From an uncultured Mordavella sp. (lineage in GTDB: Bacteria; Bacillota; Clostridia; Lachnospirales; Lachnospiraceae): 43,183 nt of DNA. Shown piece by piece: positions 28,464 through 36,697 of the stretch (position 1 is its first letter; each line of letters opens with the position of its first letter). The notes beneath the pieces were generated by a model, which was not told the DNA's origin, did no database searches, and worked only from the letters and a program-made list of their open reading frames with translations. Both the position numbers and the translations under genes were made by a program. The stretch lies in NCBI GenBank assembly GCA_964529215.1, contig CAZGVY010000002.1, forward strand, positions 1-43,183, in the 5' to 3' direction.

Positions 28464-28895
28464 ATGGGCAAGAAAGATTTATTTACAGAGGATAATATTA
28501 TCTTAAACGCTTCCTTTGCAACAAAGGAACAGGCAATACAGGCAGCCGGAGATATCCTTTACCACAACGGGTACGTAGAAAAAGAATATATCGACGATAT
28601 GCTGACCCGGGAAACCATCGTTACTACTTATGTTGGCAACGGGCTTGCTATTCCCCACGGAATCGCTAATTCCGAAAAAAACATCAAACATTCCGGCCTT
28701 TCCTTTATACAGGTTCCAGACGGAGTATCCTTTGGGGATGAAAAGGCATACACCATCATAGGGATCGCAGGCAAGGATGGGGAACATCTGGAACTTCTTG
28801 GAAAAATAGCCATGATCTTCTTCGATGTAAGCAAAGCGGAACAATTTAAAAACGCTGCCTCCAAACAGGAAATCCTGGAGCTTCTAGTGTTATAA
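28464..28895 (+). CDS. PTS EIIA, mannitol/fructose family
   Basis: M..RE...TTYVGNGLAIPHG, IGIAG...EHL. Confidence 0.92.
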   Translation: MGKKDLFTEDNIILNASFATKEQAIQAAGDILYHNGYVEKEYIDDMLTRETIVTTYVGNGLAIPHGIANSEKNIKHSGLSFIQVPDGVSFGDEKAYTIIGIAGKDGEHLELLGKIAMIFFDVSKAEQFKNAASKQEILELLVL

Positions 28896-28918
28896 CACAT
28901 ACCGCTGCCCTCAATATA

Positions 28919-28968
28919 CAAAGCACATTACCATTGGGAACTTCCTTCTGGCAATGTGCTTTGTTTTT
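28919..28968. terminator. Terminator between convergent genes
   Basis: AAAGCACATT.CCA...TGG.AATGTGCTTT followed by GTTTTTT. Confidence 0.75.
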
Positions 28969-28982
28969 TAGAAATGCCTGTA

Positions 28983-29405
28983 TTATGCTTCCTGTTCTGT
29001 CATCAGCTCATGCTCTTTTTTTATTTCCTGATACAGCTGTATAGAACTCCAGAACTGATTCACCGGCGTCAGTACTGCTTTCAGGGGAACGATCACTTTC
29101 TCTCTGCGGAGATAAGACAGAAATGGATTCATCTTACCGCCCACATTACACATTACCAGCAGTTCCTCTGCAAAATCCGTCTGCTCCGTCCCCTGCTCCT
29201 CTTCCCCGCTTCTTTCAGGCACCGGATCTCCAGCGTCTTCCGGCAGCGCATCCTCCCCGGCAAGCAGCGCCAGCATTGGTTTCCCGTACAGTTCTTTCTC
29301 CACAGTCCTCACACGGATCCCATGCATAGCGCAAAACGTATTCACCTTATTTTTCCGTCTTCTGTCTGTAAAATTATATAGCAGTACCGTTGGTTTCAAT
29401 GCCAT
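28983..29405 (-). CDS. DUF3783-like protein
   Basis: VLLYN..., LKAVLTP.N..W....LY.EI.KEHE.M pattern. Confidence 0.75.
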   Translation of the reverse strand: MALKPTVLLYNFTDRRRKNKVNTFCAMHGIRVRTVEKELYGKPMLALLAGEDALPEDAGDPVPERSGEEEQGTEQTDFAEELLVMCNVGGKMNPFLSYLRREKVIVPLKAVLTPVNQFWSSIQLYQEIKKEHELMTEQEA

Positions 29406-29432
29406 TTTTATCTCTCCTTGCAGCCTTCTATT

Positions 29433-30140
29433 TTATATCCGGATTGCCGTTTCCAAGGCAACCTCCATCATCTGCTTAAAATCATTCTGTCTCTGCTCTG
29501 CCGTGGTCTCTTCCCCGGTAATCATGGAATCTGAAACGGTAAAAATGCCAAGAGCCTTCACGCCTGCCCTGGCCGCCTCACAATACAGCGCAAAGCTTTC
29601 CATTTCAATACCCAGTACACCCATCCTGGCCCAAAGCTTCCATTCAGCGGTTTCCGTATAGAAAGTATCGGAAGACAGGATATTTCCCACATGCCAGGGT
29701 ACGCCATTCTCCCCGGCAATCTCCTGGGCTGTCTTTAGCAGGCTGTAATCTGCAATTGCGCACATGGTTCCCGGAAGCTGGTACTGGTGCGCGTAACTGC
29801 TGTTGGTACACGCTCCCTCTGCCATGATCACATCCCCTATCTTCACATCTTCCTGGCAGGCTCCGCAGGAACCCACCCGGATTAAGTTCTTAACGCCATA
29901 AAAATGAATCAATTCATGACTGTAGATCCCGATCGACGGAATCCCCATGCCCGTTCCCATAACAGATACTCTTTTTCCTTTATAGTACCCTGTATATCCG
30001 AACATATTCCGCACATTGTTAAACTGTTTCACATCCTCCAGATAAGTCTCCGCAATCACTTTTGCCCGGAGCGGATCTCCCGGTAATAAAATTGTCTCTG
30101 CAATATCGCCCATATTGGCAGCATTATGAGGTGTAGCCAT
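29433..30140 (-). CDS. deoD: Purine nucleoside phosphorylase
   Basis: TPH, LLPGDPLRA, GMGIPS, IRVGSCG, IEMES; start reassigned to ATG 30140 (AAGGAGG RBS). Confidence 0.95.
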   Translation of the reverse strand: MATPHNAANMGDIAETILLPGDPLRAKVIAETYLEDVKQFNNVRNMFGYTGYYKGKRVSVMGTGMGIPSIGIYSHELIHFYGVKNLIRVGSCGACQEDVKIGDVIMAEGACTNSSYAHQYQLPGTMCAIADYSLLKTAQEIAGENGVPWHVGNILSSDTFYTETAEWKLWARMGVLGIEMESFALYCEAARAGVKALGIFTVSDSMITGEETTAEQRQNDFKQMMEVALETAIRI

Positions 30141-30354
30141 AACCAAATCCTCCTTTTCATTTGATGCAGGGAATCTTTGCAAATTCCCCATGCGTGATCC
30201 TCTGTTATCAGTATACCTGCTTTTAGTAAAAAATCCCAGCCATTTACTGATCTTTTTGAAATATCCAGTAACAGTTCATCCTCCGGCTTCCCTGTTTTCC
30301 AAAAATACCGCGGTCAGCAGATTGATGGTCACATTGCTTACAGCCACACCCACG

Positions 30355-30396
30355 TATTTAATGATAGCTAGTCTCAGTTATACCCATAAGAAATAG
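30355..30396 (+). pseudogene. 3' remnant of a holin-like type I toxin (…LMIASLSYTHKK*)
   Basis: C-terminus resembles small clostridial holin-like toxins (recalled ...AIL.YTHKK*); stop codon inside the adjacent stem; no RBS or hydrophobic N-terminus. Confidence 0.45.
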
Positions 30397-30497
30397 CCGT
30401 CCTGCTCTCGACAAAGTTTAGGAACGGCTATTCTTATAGCAACTATTAAATTTCGCCGGGTCAGGGTGACGTGCATCCACCCTTCGGCTAGTCTGTT
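30386..30497 (-). ncRNA. Putative ~110-nt sRNA (type I antitoxin-like)
   Basis: 5' hairpin GCCG.AGGGTG...CACCCT...CGGC and 3' terminator stem AGAATAGCCGT...ACGGCTATTTCT, downstream of a near-consensus promoter; no ORF. Confidence 0.6.
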
Positions 30498-30503
30498 AAA
30501 TAT

Positions 30504-30531
30504 ATTATAGCAAATCTTCAAGACATGTCAA
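30504..30531 (-). promoter_or_regulatory. Near-consensus sigma-A promoter of the sRNA
   Basis: TTGACA-N16-TATAAT with TG extension. Confidence 0.75.
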
Positions 30532-30645
30532 ATATTTTCAACCCTGAGTTTCCGTACTTTTGGATAAAGCTTTGGATAAAAGCCACTTCCAGAGAGAAAC
30601 ACCCCTGCCTGTGAAGTGGTTTATGATTTCTTTTCTGTGGAACAA

Positions 30646-32406
30646 TTATATTCCGGAATCTTTCATAAGCGAATATTTTTTCGCATATTCCTTAAATCTC
30701 CAGCGGAATTCCTCGCTATTATTCCGAAGTTCTTCAAGAGACTCATGAAGATTCATGTTATTCTGCATCATATCAATAACACAGCCTGCAATATTAGAGC
30801 AGTGATCGGCCGTACGCTCCAGGTCGGTGAGCAGGTCCGACCATACAAAGCCTGCGTCAATGGTACATTTCCCCTGCTGCAGGCGAAGAATATGCCGCGT
30901 ACGCATCTGCTCCTTTAGCTGATCGATTACCTCCTCTAACGGCTCCACCATACATGCAGTCTCCGGATCATTTGTCAGAAAACAGCTAAGCGACAGCTCC
31001 AGGATCTCATCCACAGCAGAGGATATCACACCAATTTCCATCTCAGCATCGCCTGTAAATGCCAGTCCCTTTCCCTGCATTTCTTCCACAGCCTCGATTA
31101 AATTTACCGCATGGTCAGAAATACGCTCAAAATCACCGATATTTTTCAGGAGCTTTGCGGTTTCCAGATTATCGGCCTCACTGTTTTGCTTTGTGCTAAG
31201 CTGAACCAGATAGGTTCCCAGGATATCCTCATAATGATCTGTCTTTTCTTCTTTTTTTCGGACCGATGCCGCTAACTCCGGCGAGAAATCCTTCAGACAG
31301 TCAATGCCTTCCTTTAATGCGTCAAACGCTGTCTTTGCCATATCTGCAGCCACCTCACGGCACCGTTCCAATGCGATCGGCGGGGTATTCAGCAGACGTT
31401 CATCCAGCTCCGGCAGCACCTCCGGCTCCTCTGCATCCGGAACCAGGCGGTTTACCAGCTTCTCCAAAAAGCCTGCCAGCGGAAGCATCAGCATGGTACA
31501 CAGCACATTAAATACCGAATGTGCGACAGCAATTCCAAACAACGATGCCGATTCATTCAACAGCGCAGGAGCAAATATCAGCTTTACAGCGCAAAATACC
31601 GTAAGCCAGACAGAAGTTCCGATCACATTAAACGATAAATGTACCAGCGCCGCCCGTTTTGCATTTTTATTTGCCCCCGCGGAAGAAATCATAGCCGTCA
31701 CACAGGTGCCGATATTCTGTCCCATAATGATCGGGATCGCCGCACCGTAGGAAACCTGTCCCGTAACTGCCAACGCCTGCAGGATTCCCACAGATGCAGA
31801 ACTTGACTGGATAATTGCTGTGAGAATGGTTCCTGCCAGCACGCCCAAAACCGGATTCCGGAACATCAGAAAAAGATTCTGGAATTCCGGGATATCACGC
31901 AGGCCGGAAACCGCCCCCGACATCGTATCCATGCCAAACATTAATGTAGCAAATCCCAGCAAGATCATGCCTGTGTCATTTTTCTTGTTATCCCTGCAAA
32001 ACATATAAAAGACAATGCCGACCAGCGCCAGAACTGGCGTAAACGCAGCCGGCTTCAGCAGATTTACAAATATATTGCCGCTGTCAATTCCCGCAAGGCT
32101 TAAGATCCAGGCAGTAACCGTTGTGCCGATATTCGCTCCCATGATGACATTGATCGCCTGTTTTAATGTCATCAATCCCGAATTAACAAAGCCAACAACC
32201 ATAACCGTCGAGGCAGAAGAACTCTGAATGACCGCCGTTATCCCAAGTCCTGTCAAGAGTCCTGCCATCCTGTTTGTTGTAAGTTTACCTAACAGAGACC
32301 GAAGCCTTTCTCCGGCTCTCCGCTCTAATGCCTGTCCCATAATGTTCATTCCGAACAGAAACAGGCTAAGTCCCCCGATCATTGTCAATACATCAAATAT
32401 ATCCAT
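30646..32406 (-). CDS. Na+/Pi cotransporter with C-terminal PhoU domains
   Basis: repeated IQSSSA and IMG.NIGT motifs; FERISDHA and LERTADH PhoU motifs. Confidence 0.93.
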   Translation of the reverse strand: MDIFDVLTMIGGLSLFLFGMNIMGQALERRAGERLRSLLGKLTTNRMAGLLTGLGITAVIQSSSASTVMVVGFVNSGLMTLKQAINVIMGANIGTTVTAWILSLAGIDSGNIFVNLLKPAAFTPVLALVGIVFYMFCRDNKKNDTGMILLGFATLMFGMDTMSGAVSGLRDIPEFQNLFLMFRNPVLGVLAGTILTAIIQSSSASVGILQALAVTGQVSYGAAIPIIMGQNIGTCVTAMISSAGANKNAKRAALVHLSFNVIGTSVWLTVFCAVKLIFAPALLNESASLFGIAVAHSVFNVLCTMLMLPLAGFLEKLVNRLVPDAEEPEVLPELDERLLNTPPIALERCREVAADMAKTAFDALKEGIDCLKDFSPELAASVRKKEEKTDHYEDILGTYLVQLSTKQNSEADNLETAKLLKNIGDFERISDHAVNLIEAVEEMQGKGLAFTGDAEMEIGVISSAVDEILELSLSCFLTNDPETACMVEPLEEVIDQLKEQMRTRHILRLQQGKCTIDAGFVWSDLLTDLERTADHCSNIAGCVIDMMQNNMNLHESLEELRNNSEEFRWRFKEYAKKYSLMKDSGI

Positions 32407-32478
32407 CCTCGCACGCTCCTCTTTGTAGTATCTGGGATATATTGTATTGAATATACATCAAATTTATTATCAGGTTCT

Positions 32479-32495
32479 TGTAAAATATTTGTAAA
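32479..32495 (-). promoter_or_regulatory. Pho box
   Basis: TTTACA-N5-TTTACA (11-bp period) upstream of the Na/Pi transporter. Confidence 0.7.
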
Positions 32496-32520
32496 GTCAG
32501 CAAATCTCCGTATTGCCAGA

Positions 32521-34203
32521 TCAGAGCCCCCTGTTTTCTACGCCAGGCTCTTTGGGAAAACGGACAGTCACAGACGTCCCTTCATCCAATGCGCTCTGCA
32601 CTTCGATCGAGGCATTGTTTAGTCTCGCCGCATGTTTAACAATAGAAAGCCCAAGCCCCGTACCTCCGATCTCTTTTGAATGGCTCTTATCCACCCGGTA
32701 AAAGCGCTCAAAGATCCGTTCCTGACATTCTCTCGGAATCCCAATCCCATTATCCGATACGGTGAGGCAGATTCCATTCTCTTCCTCTTTTACGGCTGCC
32801 AGGACCCAGCCTCCTCTGCGGTTATATTTAATCCCATTGTCGCAAAGATTATAGATGATCTCCTGAATCAGCCGGGGAATCCCATACACCATAGCAGTCT
32901 CTCCATCCAAGGTCAATCGGACGCCGGCTTTCTGCGCTTCTTTTGAAAGACTATCTAAGGTCTCCTCTGCAAGCTCATGGAGATCCACCTTTTCCCATTT
33001 CATATCGTCTGCTCCCTCATCCAGCCGGGAAAGCTGGATGATGTCCTCCACCAATTGGATCATGCGCCTGGCCTCCTCGTAGATCCTGATTGAAAATCCT
33101 TCCATGTCCTCAGGCTTTACCATACCATTTGCCAGCAGCTCAGCATAACCGGATATGGTATGCAGCGGCGTTTTTAATTCATGGGATACATTTGCCGTAA
33201 ATTCACGGCGCATCTGCTCCGACTTCTCCTTTTCGGTTACATCTAAAATCAGAAGCACGATGCCTGAAATCAGGCCTTCCGAAAGAACCGGATTGGCACT
33301 GAACTGATAGCTTCTCTCCTGAAAGCTTATTTTTGTTTCGGCATGTCTTCCTTCTGCAGCCTTATTAAGGAGCTCCTGCAATTTCAGATTCCGGTTCACG
33401 GAGAGAATATATTTTCCCACACAGAATTGACCCGTATGCAAAAGGCGCGCGGCAGCAGGATTGATCGCTAATATGATCTGTTTTTCATTAAAAAGAACAA
33501 TTCCTTCTTCCATATCTGTCGTAACCGCCTCAAACTCATTCTGTTTTTGCCGCAGCTTCTCCTCCTGCCTTCTGATTTTTTGCTGCTGCGCAGCAATCCG
33601 TTCAAGTAACGGCGCAAGCTCCTCATAGCCTTCATTTTCCAAGGGCTCATTCAGATTCAGCCGGTTCAGAGGCTTCACAATACTTCTGGACAGACGATAG
33701 GCTAATAGCAGCGATAAGCCAAAAGCTACTGCAAATATAATGCATATTGGCTGAAGCATTCCAAGGAGCAGCGTCAGAACCGTATTCTGCGCCATAGAAA
33801 GCCTCAGCACCGTGCCATCCGGGAGACGCTTCGCACAATAGATCGAGCGTTCCATCAAAGTAACGGAATAACGGGCGCTCTCCCCCATTCCCTCTGAGAG
33901 AGCCTGCTTGATCTCCTCTCTCTCAAGATGGTTCTCCATTTCATCAGAATCGGACTTGCTGTCATAGAGTACTTTTCCGTCTGTATCGATCCAGGTAATA
34001 CGATAGTAATTTACATCAAGCCCATCAAAATATTTGATTCCTTCATTTGCTGTCCCCTGAGCCGCAAGATCTGTCTGTATCCTCAGCTGATTGCGCTGAA
34101 CACCTGAATAATGCTCATACAGCACGCCCATAAACAATAGAACTGAAGCCAGAAACACACCCAATGCAGCTATACAAATAGACTGAAAAATCCGTTTTGT
34201 CAT
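32521..34203 (-). CDS. phoR: Phosphate-regulon sensor histidine kinase
   Basis: ENH..REE sensor motif, PAS, ANVSHELKTPL, FERFYRVDKS, GTGLGL; start 34203 overlaps the phoB stop. Confidence 0.88.
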   Translation of the reverse strand: MTKRIFQSICIAALGVFLASVLLFMGVLYEHYSGVQRNQLRIQTDLAAQGTANEGIKYFDGLDVNYYRITWIDTDGKVLYDSKSDSDEMENHLEREEIKQALSEGMGESARYSVTLMERSIYCAKRLPDGTVLRLSMAQNTVLTLLLGMLQPICIIFAVAFGLSLLLAYRLSRSIVKPLNRLNLNEPLENEGYEELAPLLERIAAQQQKIRRQEEKLRQKQNEFEAVTTDMEEGIVLFNEKQIILAINPAAARLLHTGQFCVGKYILSVNRNLKLQELLNKAAEGRHAETKISFQERSYQFSANPVLSEGLISGIVLLILDVTEKEKSEQMRREFTANVSHELKTPLHTISGYAELLANGMVKPEDMEGFSIRIYEEARRMIQLVEDIIQLSRLDEGADDMKWEKVDLHELAEETLDSLSKEAQKAGVRLTLDGETAMVYGIPRLIQEIIYNLCDNGIKYNRRGGWVLAAVKEEENGICLTVSDNGIGIPRECQERIFERFYRVDKSHSKEIGGTGLGLSIVKHAARLNNASIEVQSALDEGTSVTVRFPKEPGVENRGL

Positions 34204-34874
34204 CCTCTTACCTCCATCCGATATCCCACGCCGCGAACCGTCTCTATATATTCTCTGCATCCCTTCAATTTCGAGCGCAGTGTCCCGATATGGACATCCA
34301 CCGTACGGGTCTCGCCCATGTAAGCAGAACCCCACACACTCTGCAGCAGCTGTTCCCTGGTAAATACTCTTCCAGGGCTGTTCATAAAAATCCGGAGCAA
34401 TTCGTATTCCTTCAGCGTAAACTCAATCTGCTCCCCACATGCCAGCACCCTGTGTCTTTCCGTATTCATCTCAAGCTCTCCAATACGCAGAGTCTCTGCC
34501 TCTTTCCCCCGCCTGGCTCTCCGCAGCACCGCCTTTACACGGGATACCATCTCCATCATTCCAAAAGGCTTCGCAAGATAATCATCTGCCCCCAAGTCAA
34601 GGCCAAGCACCTTATCATACTCCGTTCCTTTTGCAGTAGCCATGATCACCGGAACCTCTTTCGTATCTGTGCGGCCGCGCAGCCGTCTTAATATCTCAAT
34701 TCCATCCTCATCCGGCAGCATAATATCAAGCATGACCAGATCAGGCATATCTTCCTCAAGAGCGCGGAAAAACTCTTTGCCGCCTTGGAATCCCCTTGCT
34801 TCAAACCCGGCAGAATTTAAGGTATATATCATCAAATCACGGATCGCGCTGTCATCCTCTACACAATAGATCAT
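34200..34874 (-). CDS. phoB: PhoB/PhoP OmpR-family response regulator
   Basis: VEDD, LDIMLP, KPF, RTVDVHI..LR.KL, TVRGVGY. Confidence 0.85.
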   Translation of the reverse strand: MIYCVEDDSAIRDLMIYTLNSAGFEARGFQGGKEFFRALEEDMPDLVMLDIMLPDEDGIEILRRLRGRTDTKEVPVIMATAKGTEYDKVLGLDLGADDYLAKPFGMMEMVSRVKAVLRRARRGKEAETLRIGELEMNTERHRVLACGEQIEFTLKEYELLRIFMNSPGRVFTREQLLQSVWGSAYMGETRTVDVHIGTLRSKLKGCREYIETVRGVGYRMEVRG

Positions 34875-34965
34875 TTTTATCCACCTCTCTTGCCTTCTAT
34901 CTCCTCATGTATTGTTTTACATTTTATACTATACCTCAAAAAAATCAAATTTTCTGTCTGAATAA

Positions 34966-34982
34966 TGTAAAATCTATGTAAA
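34966..34982 (-). promoter_or_regulatory. Pho box upstream of phoBR
   Basis: TTTACA-N5-TTTACA, same pattern as 32479-32495. Confidence 0.65.
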
Positions 34983-35068
34983 AAACTATTGCAATCATTC
35001 AAAATCTATATTAAACTACATAGACATTTATCTTTTTATTTGTCATATCTATTAGGAGAGGAGCAGCC

Positions 35069-35401
35069 ATGAACCAGAAAGAGGCAACGGAACAAGTACA
35101 GAAGTTAGTTTTGGACAATCCTGCAAAATTTATCAAAATCAGAGATATTTTCGACGATGTTTTTGAGGATCGCGCTCTTGGCAGCGCTAATGCTATCAGT
35201 GATTATGAATTCAAAAAAATCCGCGGCAGATTCCAGGATATCGATGTTCCATTCAGCTGGTGCATCGACAAGGAATCGATCTATCAATTACATAAGGCCG
35301 TCCGCTATCACCGTACTCCTTCCAGAGGTAACCGTGATGACGGGCCGGTTAAAAAATCAGCAAAGGGGAAGAAAAAAGGAATCTTTGGAATATTCGGATA
35401 A
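35069..35401 (+). CDS. Hypothetical protein, 110 aa
   Basis: AGGAG RBS, promoter TTGCAA-N17-TAAACT at 34989, terminator downstream. Confidence 0.8.
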   Translation: MNQKEATEQVQKLVLDNPAKFIKIRDIFDDVFEDRALGSANAISDYEFKKIRGRFQDIDVPFSWCIDKESIYQLHKAVRYHRTPSRGNRDDGPVKKSAKGKKKGIFGIFG

Positions 35402-35411
35402 ATGAATGCAT

Positions 35412-35442
35412 AAAGAGGCTGTCCGTTTCAGGACAGCCCTTT
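35412..35442 (+). terminator. Terminator of the 110-aa gene
   Basis: GGCTGTCC-GTTTCA-GGACAGCC then CTTT. Confidence 0.65.
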
Positions 35443-35450
35443 CCATACCA

Positions 35451-35473
35451 TAACGAACATTAGTAGTTCGTTA
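35451..35473. repeat. Palindrome TAACGAAC-ATTAGTA-GTTCGTTA, same family as 25530-25592
   Basis: perfect 8-bp arms; compensatory G:C to A:T change relative to the 25.5-kb copies. Confidence 0.85.
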
Positions 35474-35550
35474 AGTATACCTTGACGGACGGAGTCCGCC
35501 AGCCCGAAGGGCATGCATTACGGGATACTCGGAAGTATACATTAGCGGAC

Positions 35551-35732
35551 GTGGATGGAATCAAAAAACTCCCTCTGCGCAGACGAAGCAACATTCCGAT
35601 GAACTACCAACTTACGGAAACTAAGCCGCTCAGGAAAGCCTTCGCGACTAAGATTCCGTAGATTGTTATTTCATCTCCATTAAAAACGCTTCCGAATGGT
35701 CTGCTTAGAGGAAGTTTTTTGATTCCATCCGC
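35551..35732 (-). other. Long rod-like hairpin element, copy 1
   Basis: 32-bp arms 35553-35584 / 35699-35730 (29/32 complementary) enclosing nested stems and a conserved core. Confidence 0.85.
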
Positions 35733-35802
35733 TGTTTACTGACTTCCCCCGCGAACCGGTATTATTTTGTAAACCATTGGCATTTAGCTGCATCATGAAA
35801 CA

Positions 35803-35982
35803 GCTGCCATCCGTAACAAATAAATTCCGCAGGGGCATTAGGGGCGTTTTTAGCGGAGGCAAAATCCACTGCTTACGGAACCTTAGGCGCGAAGGCATTC
35901 CTGAGCGTCTTAGGTGCAGTTAGCAGTTAGTTCGCCGCAGCGTTGCCCCGCCATGCGGAATTTATATGTTACGGATGGCAGC
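35803..35982 (+). other. Long rod-like hairpin element, copy 2 (inverted relative to copy 1)
   Basis: 29-bp arms 35803-35831 / 35954-35982 (28/29 complementary); core 36/40 identical to the reverse complement of the copy 1 core. Confidence 0.85.
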
Positions 35983-36000
35983 GTCCTCCAATGCATAATT

Positions 36001-36672
36001 CTATGATTCTACGATCCAGCTCTCGATTTCCTTCGCGCCCGCATATTTCTCCAGATACTTTCTGCCATACTCCATGGCTTTCTCCAGATCCCGGTTATCT
36101 GAAAATGAATACACCAGCGTCAGGATCTCCTCCGCATCCTCTGTGATCATAGCACGCTCGGAATCACTGGTAGAGCTTCCGATCGCCCCGGCTTCGTCCG
36201 CAAGCACCGGCAGGCCGTCAATCTTGATCTCATCCTTGCCGATCCCCTTGTAGGTCTCTCCTTCCTTTCCTACGCGGAAGACCAGCTCCTCTGCAATCTT
36301 CGCCGCGTCATAGGAGCCCACGGAAAATCCAGACTCAATAGAGATGAGATTATTCACATCCACCACCGTATTTACCTCATACAGGCCCTTGCCCTGCCCG
36401 ATCCTTCGGATCAAAGCCTCAGAGGACACGCGGTAACGGCTGGGGTCTTTTCCAAACGCCTTGTACGCCATGCGGGATTCCTTGATATTGGGAATCTCAT
36501 TCACGCCGTAATCAAAAATAGCATCCTTTGCCTTCTTAAAAATATCCTTCTTCAGATAGCTCCACATCTCCTCATTCTTCTTCTCCACCGTCACCTTATA
36601 CTGAAAACAGCCCACTCTGGTATTTGGCCATTTTTCCTTCATGGCTGTATCAATTATCAAATGCTTACTCAT
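36001..36672 (-). CDS. Stand-alone B3/4 domain protein (PheRS-beta editing-like)
   Basis: YKAFGKDPSRYR.SSEALIRR, NTVVD.NNLIS, GSYD. Confidence 0.88.
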   Translation of the reverse strand: MSKHLIIDTAMKEKWPNTRVGCFQYKVTVEKKNEEMWSYLKKDIFKKAKDAIFDYGVNEIPNIKESRMAYKAFGKDPSRYRVSSEALIRRIGQGKGLYEVNTVVDVNNLISIESGFSVGSYDAAKIAEELVFRVGKEGETYKGIGKDEIKIDGLPVLADEAGAIGSSTSDSERAMITEDAEEILTLVYSFSDNRDLEKAMEYGRKYLEKYAGAKEIESWIVES

Positions 36673-36697
36673 AATATTCCTTCCTTTCCTCTATATT

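Noticed and set aside
30190-30396. 68-aa ORF as an intact gene
   Set aside because: No RBS and it overlaps the deoD promoter region; only the last ~12 codons look toxin-like
30386-30497. Purine riboswitch controlling deoD
   Set aside because: Lacks purine aptamer loop and junction consensus; fits an antitoxin layout better
34204-34335. N-terminal extension of PhoR in the ORF track
   Set aside because: Lies inside phoB; ATG 34203 has a GGAGG RBS and 4-bp stop/start overlap
35680-35898. 72-aa minus-strand ORF across the hairpin elements
   Set aside because: No RBS or recognisable motif; the sequence is explained by secondary structure
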